Under the pieces are notes generated by a model that did no database searches, had not been told where the DNA came from, and was given only the letters and a program-made list of their open reading frames with translations. 64,000 bases of DNA from an uncultured Chloroflexia bacterium (GTDB taxonomy: Bacteria > Chloroflexota > Limnocylindria > Limnocylindrales > CSP1-4). Positions within the stretch are counted from its first letter, which is position 1. Each line of letters starts with the position of its first letter. The position numbers and the translations under genes are program-made. This document shows, in pieces, positions 1-13,899 of the stretch. Where the stretch lies: the NCBI GenBank assembly GCA_963759495.1, contig CAVWZL010000016.1, positions 66,065-130,064 of the forward strand, given 5' to 3'.

Positions 1-773
1 CGACGGCGAGCACCCGCCGCCCCGCCGCCTACAAGACAGGCACGACGAACGACAACAAGGACGTCGCACGCATACGGGTACCTCGCGCCGCCGAAGGACA
101 AGAACGCACCGGCGCTCGCGGTCGGCGTCTGGATGGGCAACAGCGACAACGCCAGCCGAACGAAGGCATGCTGTCGCTCGACCCGTCCGCGCCGCTCTGG
201 TCGGCGATCATGACCGACGTCAGCAAGGGCCAGCCGATCGCCAAGTTCAGGCGCCGCCGAAGGGCGTCGTGACGGCCGAGGTCGACGCCTTCACCGGCAC
301 AGCGCCCGGTCCGTTCACGCCGCAAGACCGTCACCGAGAACTTCATCGACGGCACCGTGCCCACGAAGCGACGACTCCACCCGGGTCGGCGCTCGCGATC
401 GATGCGGCAACCGGGCTGCGCTGGCAGGACGGCTGCGCCGGCCCGAAGGTCGTCCGCGGGCTTCATGGACCTGTCCGAGGTCGAAGCAGGCTTCCCGGAC
501 TGGCAGAAGGCCAATCGCGGCTGGGCCGCCCGCGCCGCACGTGGCGCCGGTGTCCGTGGCGGGCCGAAGGGCACCGGACCTCGTACTTCTACGATGGCGC
601 GTTCGCACCGTTCGGGCGCACCTGGGGCGTGCAGTTCGCGCCGTCAGGCCTCTGCCCGATCGCCCCGGTCGTGCCGCCGCCGTGCGATCCGCTGACGACC
701 GAGTGCGCGACGCCCGCCGCCTCCCCCGCCCGGCGAGACGAAGAAGCCCGACAAGACGCCGAAGCCCGCCTGA
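1..773 (+). CDS. Penicillin-binding protein (class A type), 3' part. The 5' end lies outside the window and the gene is frameshifted as assembled.
   Basis: Shifting + frames give AYKTGTTNDNKDV (KTG box), VGVWMGNSDN, PLWSAIMTDVSKGQPIAKF, AEVDAFTGTAPGPFTP and FIDGTVPTK. A Pro/Lys-rich tail ends at TGA 771-773. At least three frame changes are needed. Confidence 0.6.
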
Positions 774-785
774 CGCGCGGTCGAG

Positions 786-3142
786 CTAGAGCTCGACGAT
801 CGTCGCGCCGTCCCCGCCTTCGCCGCGCTCGCCGGGACGCATCGACTTCACGAGCGGGTGGCTCGTTGCCTCGGTGCGCACCGCATCCCGCAGCGCGCCC
901 GTTCCCATGCCGTGGATGATCGATGACCTTGCCGAGACCCGCCAGCGCGGCGTCGTCGAGGTAGCGGCCGAGCGCGTCGAGCGCCTCGTCGACCCGGGCC
1001 CCGCGCAGGTCGAGCGACGAGGCCACGGACTTCGCGCGACCGAGCCGAAGCGCGCCGATGTTCGACGGGCGCGGCCTCCGGCGACCCTGCGCGACGGCTC
1101 CTGTTCCAGGGCCGGCACCAGGTCCTCGGCGCCGACCGTCACGCGCATGCCGCCCGCCTCGAGCGTCACCCGCTTTCCGCCACGCTCGAGCGCCGCGATG
1201 CGGCCCTCCCAGCCACCGGATCGGCTGCGGGCGCGGTCGCCGACCTGCCACGGCCGGACCACGACAGGCTCCGCCGTGGCGGCGACGGCCTCGGCCTCGG
1301 GCAGCTGCTCCATGGTCGCCTCGGCCCGTTCGAGCGCCGCATCGAGGCCCGGGGCGGTGACCGTGCTCGCGTTCCAGCGCTCGCTGCGTGGTCGCGCACC
1401 TCGTCCCGGAGCTCACCGACGATCCGCTCGGCCTCGGCACGCGCGGCCCGCACCGCTTCATCGCGTTCGCGACGGGCACGCCGGCGCTCCTCCTCGGCGA
1501 CGCGCAGGGCCTCGACCGCGCGGGCCTCGGCGGCGCGGGCACGCTCCAGCGCGTCGCTGGTCTCGCCCTCCGTCGTGCGGATCGGCCGCGAGCGTCGCCT
1601 CGAACGTCCGTTGTGCCTCGGTCAACCGCGATCGGGCGTCGGCCACGATCGTTTCCGGGAGGCCGAGCCGCTCCGCGATCGCGAACGCCTGGCTGCCACC
1701 GGGCAGGCCGATCGTGAGCCGGTAGGTCGGCGAGAGCGTCTCGAGGTCGAATTCGACCGCCGCGTTTCGAGCGCCCGGGCGTCTTGTGCGCGTACGCCTT
1801 GAGCTCGGCGTAGTGCGTCGTGGCCGCGACGAGCGCACCGGCCTCGATGAAGTGATCGAGGAGCGCCTGGGCGAGCGCCGAGCCCTCGGTGGGGTCCGTG
1901 CCGGCACCGAGCTCGTCGAGCAGGACGAGCGTGTCCGGTCCGGCCGACTCGACGATCCGCACGATCGAGCGCAGGTGCCCCGAGAACGTCGAGAGTGACT
2001 GCGCGATCGACTGCTCGTCCCCGATGTCGGCGAACACGTCGCGAAAGATCGGCAGGCTGCTGCCGGCGGCCGCCGGCACGTGCAGCCCGGACTGGTGCAT
2101 CAGGGCGAACAGGCCGAGCGTTCGCAGCGTGACGGTCTTGCCGCCGGTGTTCGGCCCAGTGACGACGAGCGCCGTGTAGTCGCCGCCGAGCCGCACGTCG
2201 ATCGGGACGACGCGACCCCTGAGGCCCGGATGCCGCGCGGAAAGGAGCACGACCTCGGCTCGATCCACGGTGGTCGGACGGATCGCATCGAGCTCGCCCG
2301 CGAGCTGCGCCTTCGCGACCCAGAAATCGAACCGCGCCATGGCCTCGAGCGTCTCGCGCAGTGGCGTCGCGTTCGCGCCGACGAGCGCCGACAGCTCGTC
2401 GAGGATTCGGGCGATCTCCTCCTGTTCGGCGACCTGTGCCTCGCGCCAGGCGTTGCCCAGCTCGACGACGACGAGCGGCTCGATGAAGAGCGTCTGCCCG
2501 CTCCCCGAGGCGTCGTGGACGATGCCCTTGACCCGGCTGCGTGCCTCGGCCTTGACGGGCACGACGTAGCGGCCATTGCGGAGCGTGACGATCGGCTCCT
2601 GGAGCGCCGAGCCGAGCTCCGAGCCCACGAGCGAGTCGAGCCGGCGTCGCAGCCGGTCGTACGCGACGCGGACCGCGGCCCGGAGACCGCCGAGACGTGG
2701 CGACGCGGTGTCGAGCAGCTCGCCCACCGGATCGAAGCTCCGCCCGAGGGTCGAGCGCACGGCTGGGAGCGCATGGATCTCGCGTCCGAGCTCGCGCAGG
2801 AGTGGCCGCCGGTCGTCGGCGAGGACTGGTTCCCAGCCGGGCAGCCGCATCGAGCGTCTCGACGATCTCGAGGAAGTGCGCCGGGTCGAGCCGGCCACCA
2901 CGTGCCGCGCGCTCCACCCACGGACCGATGTCCCGTGCTGCCCCGATCCCGATCCCCGGCCGCTCCTCGAGCAGCGGCCCGGGCCTGGTCCGTCTCGTCG
3001 AGCGCCCGCGACCACGATGACCGCGTCGGCTGACGGCTCGAGCGCCTCGGCGAGCCGCCGGGACGGCGCGAACTGGGTCAGGTCCGCGAGCCGCTCGCGG
3101 ATCGAGCGGGAATTCGAGGAGGACCTGCGAGCGCGCGTCCAT
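786..3142 (-). CDS. mutS2: Endonuclease MutS2 (Smr domain at the C-terminus), frameshifted as assembled
   Basis: N-terminus [12 protein letters not shown] (ATG complement 3140-3142). Other fragments: [39 protein letters not shown], Walker [33 protein letters not shown], and [25 protein letters not shown]. Smr domain: [22 protein letters not shown] ... [14 protein letters not shown]. Stop at 786-788. The pieces are spread over three minus frames. Confidence 0.85.
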
Positions 3143-3150
3143 GCTGCGCG

Positions 3151-3830
3151 TCAGCGCAGGCGCGCCGGCCCGGACAGCGCGGGACTGCCCGCGACCGCGA
3201 ATCGCCAGGGCAGCGCGGTCCACGGCGCACCGGCGTAGTCGATGCCGATGCGGGGGGTTGCCCGGATCTCGGGTGGCTCGTCGTGCATCGGTCGCGGCTC
3301 GAGGCGCAGCGGGGAGGCTGGGTCGCACAGGTCCGTGCCCGTCCATGTCACGTCGATCCCGAACGCGGCCGCGACGAGTCCCGGGCCGCTTGCCAGCCGC
3401 GCGTCGGCAAGCGAGCCGCGCTGGATCGGGCGCTCCGTCGGCGCGGCTGCGGGCTCCGGCCTTTCCGGCGCGAGGCGCGCAGCGCCAGCCGGCTCGCGCG
3501 CATCAGCTCCAGACCGTCGACGGGCTCGACCGCGCGGACGAGCAGCGCCGCCGGCCGGCCGGCAGCTTCGGTGACGATGTTCAGGCAGTCATACATCCCG
3601 TAGACAAGGTACACGTAGGCGAGACCGGGCGGCCCGAACATGGTTCGATTGCGTGCCGTCCGCCCGAAGCGGGCGTGGGACGCCCTGTCGTCCTCGCCGA
3701 TGTACGCCTCGAGCTCGACGATCCGGCCCGTCCGCCGGCCAGTGGCGTCGTCTCGGACCAGCCGTGCGCCGAGAAGCGTGCGGGCCGCCTCGAGCGTCGG
3801 TCCGGCGAGGAGCGCGCGATCGACGACGGT
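3151..3830 (-). CDS. mpg: DNA-3-methyladenine glycosylase (Mpg/AAG family), frameshifted as assembled
   Basis: ORF 3348-3641 contains MFGPPGLAYVYLVYGMYDCLNIVTE. ORF 3151-3351 contains PRIGIDYAGAPWTALPWRFAVAGSPALS. Upstream frame: RIVELEAYIGEDDRASHARFGRTARN. The start codon is not resolved. Confidence 0.7.
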
Positions 3831-4420
3831 CAGCGGTAGTCCAGGACGAGCCGCTGGATCTCGGCCGGGATGAAGATGCCGAAGATCGCGAAGAAGACCG
3901 GCAGGATCGACTGCCGGAAGACGACCGCGCTCTGCGAGGTGTCGAGGGCCGTCCAGAAGTCCCGCACGAACGACAGCTCGCCAGGGCTCACCGGGATCCC
4001 GGGCACCTGGAAGAAGGAGTCAAGGATCACGAAGGCGATCGAGATGAGGAGGATCGCCTGCACGACGCCCAGCACGCCCGCGATCAGCTCGTCCAGAAAG
4101 CGCGCCTTTTCCCACAGCGGCTGCGTCTGGTAGAAGCTCTGGATGAGCAGCGTGAAGACGACCATCGCCGCGAGGAAGACCGCGAGGAACGCGATCATGT
4201 AGGAGTACTCCTCGGGGAACTGGCGCCAGTTCTCGGCGAAGAACGACCCCAGGGGCTGGCGGATGTTCGCGGCGAACAGGAACGAGAACACGGTTGCGCC
4301 GATGCCGAGGACGCGGCGGATGGTCCCCTGGACGAAGCCGAGGATGAAGAACGCGAAGATGAACAGGCCGACGAGCAGGTCGAAGACCGTCAGACCGCCA
4401 ACGAACTCCCCGAAGTCCAC
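3830..4420 (-). CDS. cvpA: CvpA family membrane protein
   Basis: Intact 196-aa ORF with four hydrophobic segments (MDFGEFVGGLTVFDLLVGLFIFAFFILGFVQGTIRRVLGIGATVFSFLFA...). It sits next to pheT and mutS2, as cvpA does in Bacillus. Confidence 0.7.
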   Translation of the reverse strand: MDFGEFVGGLTVFDLLVGLFIFAFFILGFVQGTIRRVLGIGATVFSFLFAANIRQPLGSFFAENWRQFPEEYSYMIAFLAVFLAAMVVFTLLIQSFYQTQPLWEKARFLDELIAGVLGVVQAILLISIAFVILDSFFQVPGIPVSPGELSFVRDFWTALDTSQSAVVFRQSILPVFFAIFGIFIPAEIQRLVLDYR

Positions 4421-4517
4421 GAACCCTCCTCAGCAATGCCGGGCGGTGACGGCCGCCGAAGCGCGGCAAGGGTAGCAGCGGGTCTTCCGGGGTCGCAACT
4501 CGCCGAAGGTACCGGCG

Positions 4518-8098
<3,581 letters not shown>

Positions 8099-8209
8099 GG
8101 CATCCTCCGTGTCGTGCGGTCGGGGCCTGAGGAATCACGAACCCCCGATCGTCCCGACGTCGAGGGCTCCGAGGCGTCCGGGTCGGCGCTCGCGAGGCGC
8201 CGGTCGCGT

Positions 8210-8562
8210 CTAGGCGCCTGCGGCGAGCTCGGCGATCGACCAAACGTCGCGGCGTCGCGCACCGCGAGGTCGGCCAGGATCTTGCGGTCGATCTCGATGC
8301 TCGGCCTTCTTCAGGCCGGCGATGAACTGCGCCGTAGGTGAGCGCCGTTCTGGCGCGCCGCCGCGTTGATCCGGATGATCCACAGCTGGCGCATCTGGCG
8401 CTTGCGCTGCTTGCGGTCGCGCGTGGCGTACGACAGGGCGTGGAGCAGCGCCTCGCGCGCGGGCTTGATCAGCCGCGAGCGTGTGCCCTTGCGGCCCTCG
8501 GCGGCGTTGAGCAGGCGCTTGTGGCGCTTGTGGGCGGTGACGCCGCGCTTGACGCGTGCCAT
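8210..8562 (-). CDS. rplT: 50S ribosomal protein L20; the 3' third is frameshifted as assembled
   Basis: [73 protein letters not shown]. Homology then continues ([41 protein letters not shown]) only after four single-base corrections. Confidence 0.9.
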
Positions 8563-8572
8563 CTGCCTGCTC

Positions 8573-8770
8573 CTAGAGGTACGGCAGCAGGCGCCGGACC
8601 TGCTCGGCGTGCTCGCTGCCGATCACGACCTTGCCGGCGTACCGGCGGGTGCGGCGGGACGACTTGATCTCGAGGTGGTGGCCCCGCCAGGACTTGACGC
8701 GGAAGAGCTTGCCGCTGCCGGTCACGCCGATGCGCTTCTGGGCGGCCTTGTGGCTCTTGATCTTGGGCAC
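8573..8770 (-). CDS. rpmI: 50S ribosomal protein L35
   Basis: Intact 65-aa [47 protein letters not shown] with a GTG start. It lies between infC and rplT. Confidence 0.95.
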   Translation of the reverse strand: MPKIKSHKAAQKRIGVTGSGKLFRVKSWRGHHLEIKSSRRTRRYAGKVVIGSEHAEQVRRLLPYL

Positions 8771-8777
8771 CGTGGCC

Positions 8778-9574
8778 TCACTCTCCCTGGGCTGCGGCTC
8801 GGTGTGGCCGGCTCGCCGTCTTTGCCGGCCGTGGGGCCGGTGCTGTCTTCGTCCTGTCCGTTGCGCCGGCGCCGCAGGCCCGGGCCGGTGACTGCCGGTC
8901 GAGGCTGCGCTGGCTGCCGGGGCGGGCTCTGCGCCTCGGCTGCTGCCGGCTGCCGGAGTCGCTGCCGCCGGTGCGGGCGCCGCCGCTGCCGGCGGCTGGT
9001 GCCCCTGCCGGTCGCGGTTCCTGTCTCGGCCTGGCCCGCGGGCGGGGTGCCTCGTGGCTCTTGGGCTTGTGAGTCGATGCCACCGTGATGTGCATCGACT
9101 TGCCCTCGAGCAGCGGCGTCCGTTCCACGACTCCGTGATCCTTCATCCGCTCCATGAACCGGGCAACAGGTTTCGTCCGATCTCCGGATGCGTGAGCTCC
9201 CGGCCCCTGAACCGGACGGTGACCTTGATCCGGTCACCCTCCTCGAGGAACTCGATCGCCCGGTGCACCTTGGTGTCGAAGTCGCCGACGCCGATCTTCG
9301 GCGAGAGACGGATTTCCTTGAAGGTCACCGATCGCTGCCTGCGCTTGTGCTTCCTTCTCCTCTTGGTCAGCTCGTACTTGTACTGACCGAAGTCGAGGAA
9401 CTTGCGACCGGCGGCTGCCGCCATCGGGGCGACTTCGACGAGATCGAGCCCCCGCTCCTGCGCCATCTCGAGAGCACGAGCCGTGGGCATGACCCCCAGC
9501 TGGGCTCCTTCTTCATCCACGACCCGAACCTGTGGGATCCGGATCATCTGATTCACACGCAGGTCTCGACTGAT
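8778..9574 (-). CDS. infC: Translation initiation factor IF-3 with a probable ATC start and a long basic, low-complexity C-terminal tail. One frameshift near 9150 as assembled.
   Basis: ISRDLRVNQMIRIPQVRVVDEEGAQLGVMPTARALEMAQERGLDLVEVAP ... VTFKEIRLSPKIGVGDFDTKVHRAIEFLEEGDRIKVTVRFRGRELTHPEIG. It continues in ORF 8778-9155 (MERMKDHGVVERTPLLEGKSMHITV...). The only in-frame start-like codon before the conserved N-terminus is ATC (complement 9572-9574). Confidence 0.85.
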
Positions 9575-9619
9575 GGTTCGCCCCTTCTGCTGGGTCTACG
9601 GTTCGGCACGCACGGGCAT

Positions 9620-9644
9620 ACGAAAACCCGGCTTTCGGCCGAGG
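9620..9644 (-). terminator. Putative intrinsic terminator downstream of the DUF385 gene and upstream of infC
   Basis: The minus strand reads CCUCGGCCGAAAGCCGGG followed by UUUUCG. The stem is short and the U-tract weak. Confidence 0.4.
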
Positions 9645-9702
9645 CGGAAGTCTAGCATGGACCCGTCCGAGGCGGCAACGCCGAGCCGGGTCCAGCGGCG
9701 GC

Positions 9703-10107
9703 TCAGAGCGTCATGGCGGCGACCGCGACCGTCACCACGCGCATCACGAGAAATTCGTCGGCTCCGATCAGTCGGAGCGGGAGCCGGACCGGCCACGGGA
9801 CGAGACGACGCGATCGATCCCTCACGACCTGCGGCGTGTCGAGCTCCAGCCGCCCGCCACGGTCCTCGAAACCGCAGTGTCCCGCGGCCAGCACGTTCCG
9901 CAACCAGTCGGTCCCGGTGCCATAGGTCATCGCGAAGACCGCCTGACCGCCACGTCGAAACATGTTGACCGGCGTGCGGTACTCGCGCCCCGATCTGCGC
10001 CCGACGTGCACGACCCGGCCAAACGTGGGCAGGTGGGAGACGACCGGCCACAGCAGACGGTTCGTCACCCGGGCATTCAGGCGACCGATCGCCAGGGGAA
10101 TGGGCAC
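9703..10107 (-). CDS. Deazaflavin (F420)-dependent nitroreductase family protein (DUF385 / PNPOx-like)
   Basis: Intact 134-aa ORF. TNRLLWPV...FGRVVHVGRRSGREYRTPVNMF....AMTYGTGTDWLRNVLAAG is the typical Ddn/DUF385 pattern. Confidence 0.7.
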   Translation of the reverse strand: MPIPLAIGRLNARVTNRLLWPVVSHLPTFGRVVHVGRRSGREYRTPVNMFRRGGQAVFAMTYGTGTDWLRNVLAAGHCGFEDRGGRLELDTPQVVRDRSRRLVPWPVRLPLRLIGADEFLVMRVVTVAVAAMTL

Positions 10108-10114
10108 GGGATGC

Positions 10115-11958
10115 TCAGCTCACGCGACGGTCCGCAACCTCGGCGGCGAGCTGCTCGGCCAAGGCCTCCCAGCCGACAGTCTCCTGCGCGGCACCCTTTT
10201 CCGCACCGCGCCGACGAACCGTGGCTGCGCGTGCCTCGATCTCACGATCGCCAAGCACCAGCATCACCGGGACCTTCTGCTCCTGCGCCAGCCGGATCTT
10301 GTTCTGCATGCGGTTGTCCGAGACGTCGACCTCGACCCGGAGCCCTCGCGCACGCAGCACGCCGGCCAGCTCCTGCCCGGCCTCGGCGTGGCGATCCGCG
10401 ATCGGGATGACGACGGCCTGGACCGGCGAGCACCACAGCGGGAACGCGCCCGCGAAGTGCTCGGTCAGCACGCCGATGAACCGCTCGAGGGAGCCGTACA
10501 CCGCGCGGTGGATCGCGACCGGCCGCTGCTGCTGGCCGTGCTCGTCGACGTACCAGAGATCGAACTGCTCGGGCAGCATGAGCCGGTCGACCTGGATCGT
10601 CGCCGTCTGCCATTCGCGCCCGAGCGCGTCCTCGATTTGGATGTCGATCTTCGGCGCGTAGAACGCGCCGTCCTTCGGCTTCTCGCGGTACCGCAGTCCT
10701 GATCGATCGAGCGCCGCGCGCATCAGGGCCTCCGTCTGCTCCCAGAGCTGCCGGGTCGCCCAGCGCCTTGTCGGGCCGCGTGCCGAAGGTCAGCGTCGGC
10801 TCGAGGCCGAACCAGCGCGTAGGCCTCGCGGATCTCGCCCAGGAGCCCCTCGATCTCCGAGGCGATCTGGTCGGGTCGCACGAAGATGTGCGCGTCGTCG
10901 GTGACGAAGTGCCGCACGCGCGTCAGTCCCGAGAGCACGCCCGACAGCTCGTTCCGGTGCAGCACCCCGTACTCGGCCAGCCGCAGCGGCAGCTCCCGGT
11001 ACGAGCGCACGCTTCGATCGGTAGATGAACGGCGACTCGGGGCAGTTCATCGGCTTGAGGCTGAACGTTGGCGTCCTCGGCATCGACCAGGAACATGTTG
11101 CTCGCCGGTAGTGCTCCCAGTGGCCCGATTGCTCCCACAGCTTCTGGTGCACGAGCGGCGGCGTGTAGATCTCCTGGTAGCCGCGCCGATCCTGGAGCTC
11201 GCGCATCGCGTTGCGCAGCGTGCTGGTACAGAGGTCCGGCCCTTCGGATGCCAGAAGGCCGAACCCGGGCGACAGTCGTGGAACGAGAAGAGGTCGAGCT
11301 GGATGCCCAGCCGCCGGTGGTCGCGCTTCTTTCGCTTCCTCGCGCCGCCAGAGGAAGCGATCGAGCTCCTCCTGCGTCTCCCAGACCGTGCCGTAGATGC
11401 GCTGGAGCCGGCACGCGTCTGGTCGCCCCGCCAGTACGCACCGGAGACGGCCAGCAGCCGGAACGGGCCGAGCTTGCCCGTGCTGGCCACGTGCGGGCCC
11501 TTGCACAGGTCGATGAACGGGTCCGTGCTCGTAGACCGACGTCGGCGGCATCTCGCCACCGTCGCGGGTGGCGCGGCCGCCAGGTCGTCGAGGATCTCGA
11601 CCTTGAACGGCTGGTCACGCTCGAGGAAGAAGGCCCTCCCCTCCTCCGGCGGCAGCTCGCGACGAACGAACGGGTGGTCGGCCTTGACGGAGGCCGTCAT
11701 GCGCTGCTCGATCTTCTCGAGGTCCGTCGGGCGTCAGCGGGCGCTCGAGCTGGAAGTCGTAGTAGAAGCCGTCCTGGATGGCCGGACCGATTCCGAGCTT
11801 CGTTCCCGGGAACAGGTCGAGCACTGCCTCGGCCATCACGTGCGCGGCGGAATGGCGCATCGCGTCGAGCTCGCTGTGCGCCCCGGCGTCGAGCAGCTCG
11901 TCGGCCGAACCGCGCTCGGGTGCAGGCGAGCACCTCGTTCGGGTGCGAGCCACTTCCT
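10115..11958 (-). CDS. thrS: Threonine--tRNA ligase, multiple frameshifts as assembled
   Basis: N-terminus [54 protein letters not shown]. Middle fragments: [88 protein letters not shown]. Intact C-terminal anticodon-binding part is ORF 10115-10723. GGAGGG RBS precedes ATG 11956-11958. Confidence 0.9.
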
Positions 11959-11979
11959 CGTCGACCATGTCGATCCCTC

Positions 11980-12230
11980 CTGGAAGCACGAAACCTCTCG
12001 TCCGTCGACAGGACGAGAGGCCGTCATCTGGCTCCCGCGGTTCCACCCGCCTTCACGACCGTCGCCGATCGTGCGCTCGTACCGCGCTAACGGGCGGATC
12101 CCGGACCGGTTCACCGGTCGCTCACGGGTGGTGCCCGGTCCTCGGTTCGCCGCCGGGCTTCCAGCCATGACCCGGCTCTCTGTGGCGTCGTGCGGAGGGG
12201 CGTGTCCCGATCGGTGCGTTGCCGCGCAGT
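11980..12230 (-). promoter_or_regulatory. T-box leader (threonine specifier ACC) with terminator hairpin, upstream of thrS
   Basis: The minus strand shows AGAGAG (12176-12181) and a specifier-loop candidate GGCACCACCCGUGAGC. The T-box sequence GGGUGGAACCGCGGGAG lies at about 12033-12050. It is followed by hairpin CCUCUCGUCC-UGUCGAC-GGACGAGAGG plus UUUCGUGCUU (11985-12020), then the RBS and thrS ATG. Confidence 0.75.
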
Positions 12231-12298
12231 GTACGGCACGAGTTGGATAGGCGGCGAGACCGACGCCGAACGGCGGCCGGCCTCGCCAGAGCCTGTGG

Positions 12299-13725
12299 TC
12301 AGTTCACGACCAGCTGCAGCCTCCCGGCGCTCTGGTCAAAGCCGCCCGCCTGGATGTAGTACGTGACGCCTGCCTCGCTGTCCCAGGTCGGCTTCAGCCT
12401 GGAGGCTGAAGTCGTCGGCGAACACATCGTCAACACAGACGACCTGTTGGAACACGCCTTCTTCCAGGGTGTACACCGCAAGGACGGTGTCAAAGGAGCT
12501 GCCCGCCGTCTGGCGGTCATCGGAGCGCCCGTACCCGTCACGGTCCACCATGCCGTGTAGCCAAACGGAATTTGGAAGGCCTCACCTGTCTCCAGTCTTC
12601 GAACGTGCAGGGCTCCTCGGCCTCAGGCGCGTTCCACCAGTGACGACGCGGGCGGTACGACCCAGACGAAGGGCCCTGGCGTCTCCGGGCGCATCATTGG
12701 CGATCGGTCCGGGCTTGGGGCCGTTTGGCACGACCGCATGGACGGCGACAACCTGCTCTGCGGCCTCGCAGTGCTCGTCGTCGATCGGGTACGTGGTTGT
12801 GGTGCTGCCAAGCGTCATGTCGAGTGACCCGGCGACCGTGTAGGCCTCCCCGCGGACCTTGACCCGCTCGACACCGAACTCGTCAACGAATCGGAAGAAC
12901 TCGCCGGTCGGGGCGAACGTGCCCGTCGCCTCGGCGCTGCCAGCAGGCTCCCCCGCGATGTTGTCGAAGAGCTCCACCGTGAAGCCGAAGGAGGTGTCTG
13001 TGATCTCGATGTCGGTGCCGCCGCCGATGTCGGTTTGTGGGCCGGACACATATACCTCGCCGAACGAGCCGAACGAGTCCTGGTGCACGAACATGTTGAC
13101 GCTATCGGTGCCGCTCTCCCACGAGCACGAGATGGTGAACTCGCGGAACCTGTCGGTGTACGCGGACGGGTTCGTGCTGAAGTAGGTGAGGTTCTGCTCC
13201 TCGGCGGTGCATCCCACGAGCGTTTCGAGATCTGCGCCGGGCAGCACCAGGGAACCGTCCAGCGAGAGGGGCTGGATCGTGCCGCTCACCCTCTCCCAGC
13301 GGTTGCCGTTCCTGAACCGGTCGTCGACGGCGAAGGGATCGCCGTCCGGGGCAAGGGCCACCGTGAGGACCGCCGTGCCGGCAGGGTCACCAAATGGCGG
13401 TTCCTGCGTCTCGTCGAACTCGACCAGCTCGAAGGTGGCCGTCACGCCGGAGGCGTCGCCCTCGACGGTGGACGAGCTGGCAATCCAGGTCGGTGCCTCG
13501 GCATACGGCTCGGTGCCCTCAGCCCAGAAGGCGATGTCACCAAACGAGCCGAACTCGTCGCTGATGGCGACGAACATGGACACGTAGCCATCGCCGGTCG
13601 GACGTCTCGCATTGAACGAGGACCGCATGCTCCTCGGTTCGGGTCGCCGGAGCCGCCTGAACGGCGCTCGGCACGAGCGCGAGGAGCATCGCGCACAGGG
13701 ACGCCAGGATCATCAACCGACGCAT
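12299..13725 (-). CDS. Secreted hypothetical protein with an internal duplication and a C-terminal beta-rich (pre-peptidase C-terminal-like) module, frameshifted as assembled
   Basis: Signal peptide MRRLMILASLCAMLLALVPSAVQA (ORF 13537-13725). The body is ORF 12582-13628, with repeated MFVAISDEFGSFGDIAFWAEG / MFVHQDSFGSFGEVYVSGPQ. The tail SFDTVLAVYT...CVDD...GVTYYIQAGGFDQSAGRLQLVVN lies in ORFs 12336-12551 and 12299-12541. Confidence 0.55.
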
Positions 13726-13878
13726 TCACCAGTCCTCGTTCGCGCCGTGAGGTCTGGGGCGGAAGACACTTCCGGGCCCCACGGTCGTAAGGGCCGAACC
13801 GTAGTCCGCCCCTGTCTGCGGAATGTCGCTGTGGGCCGGTTCTGCGACGCGAGACCTTGCAAATCCTCGAGGGTCCCG

Positions 13879-13899
13879 AATTGAAAGCCCCCGGGGGGC
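13879..13899 (-). terminator. Intrinsic terminator after the S1 protease gene
   Basis: The minus strand reads GCCCCCCGGGGGC (a perfect GC hairpin) followed by UUUCAAUU, immediately after stop 13900-13902. Confidence 0.5.

Noticed and set aside
9575-9702. L20-binding leader / attenuator upstream of infC, as in Bacillus
   Set aside because: I see only a short hairpin plus a U-tract, which is equally well explained as the terminator of the upstream DUF385 gene. I could not recognise an L20-leader-like pseudoknot or 23S mimic by eye. This needs an Rfam scan.
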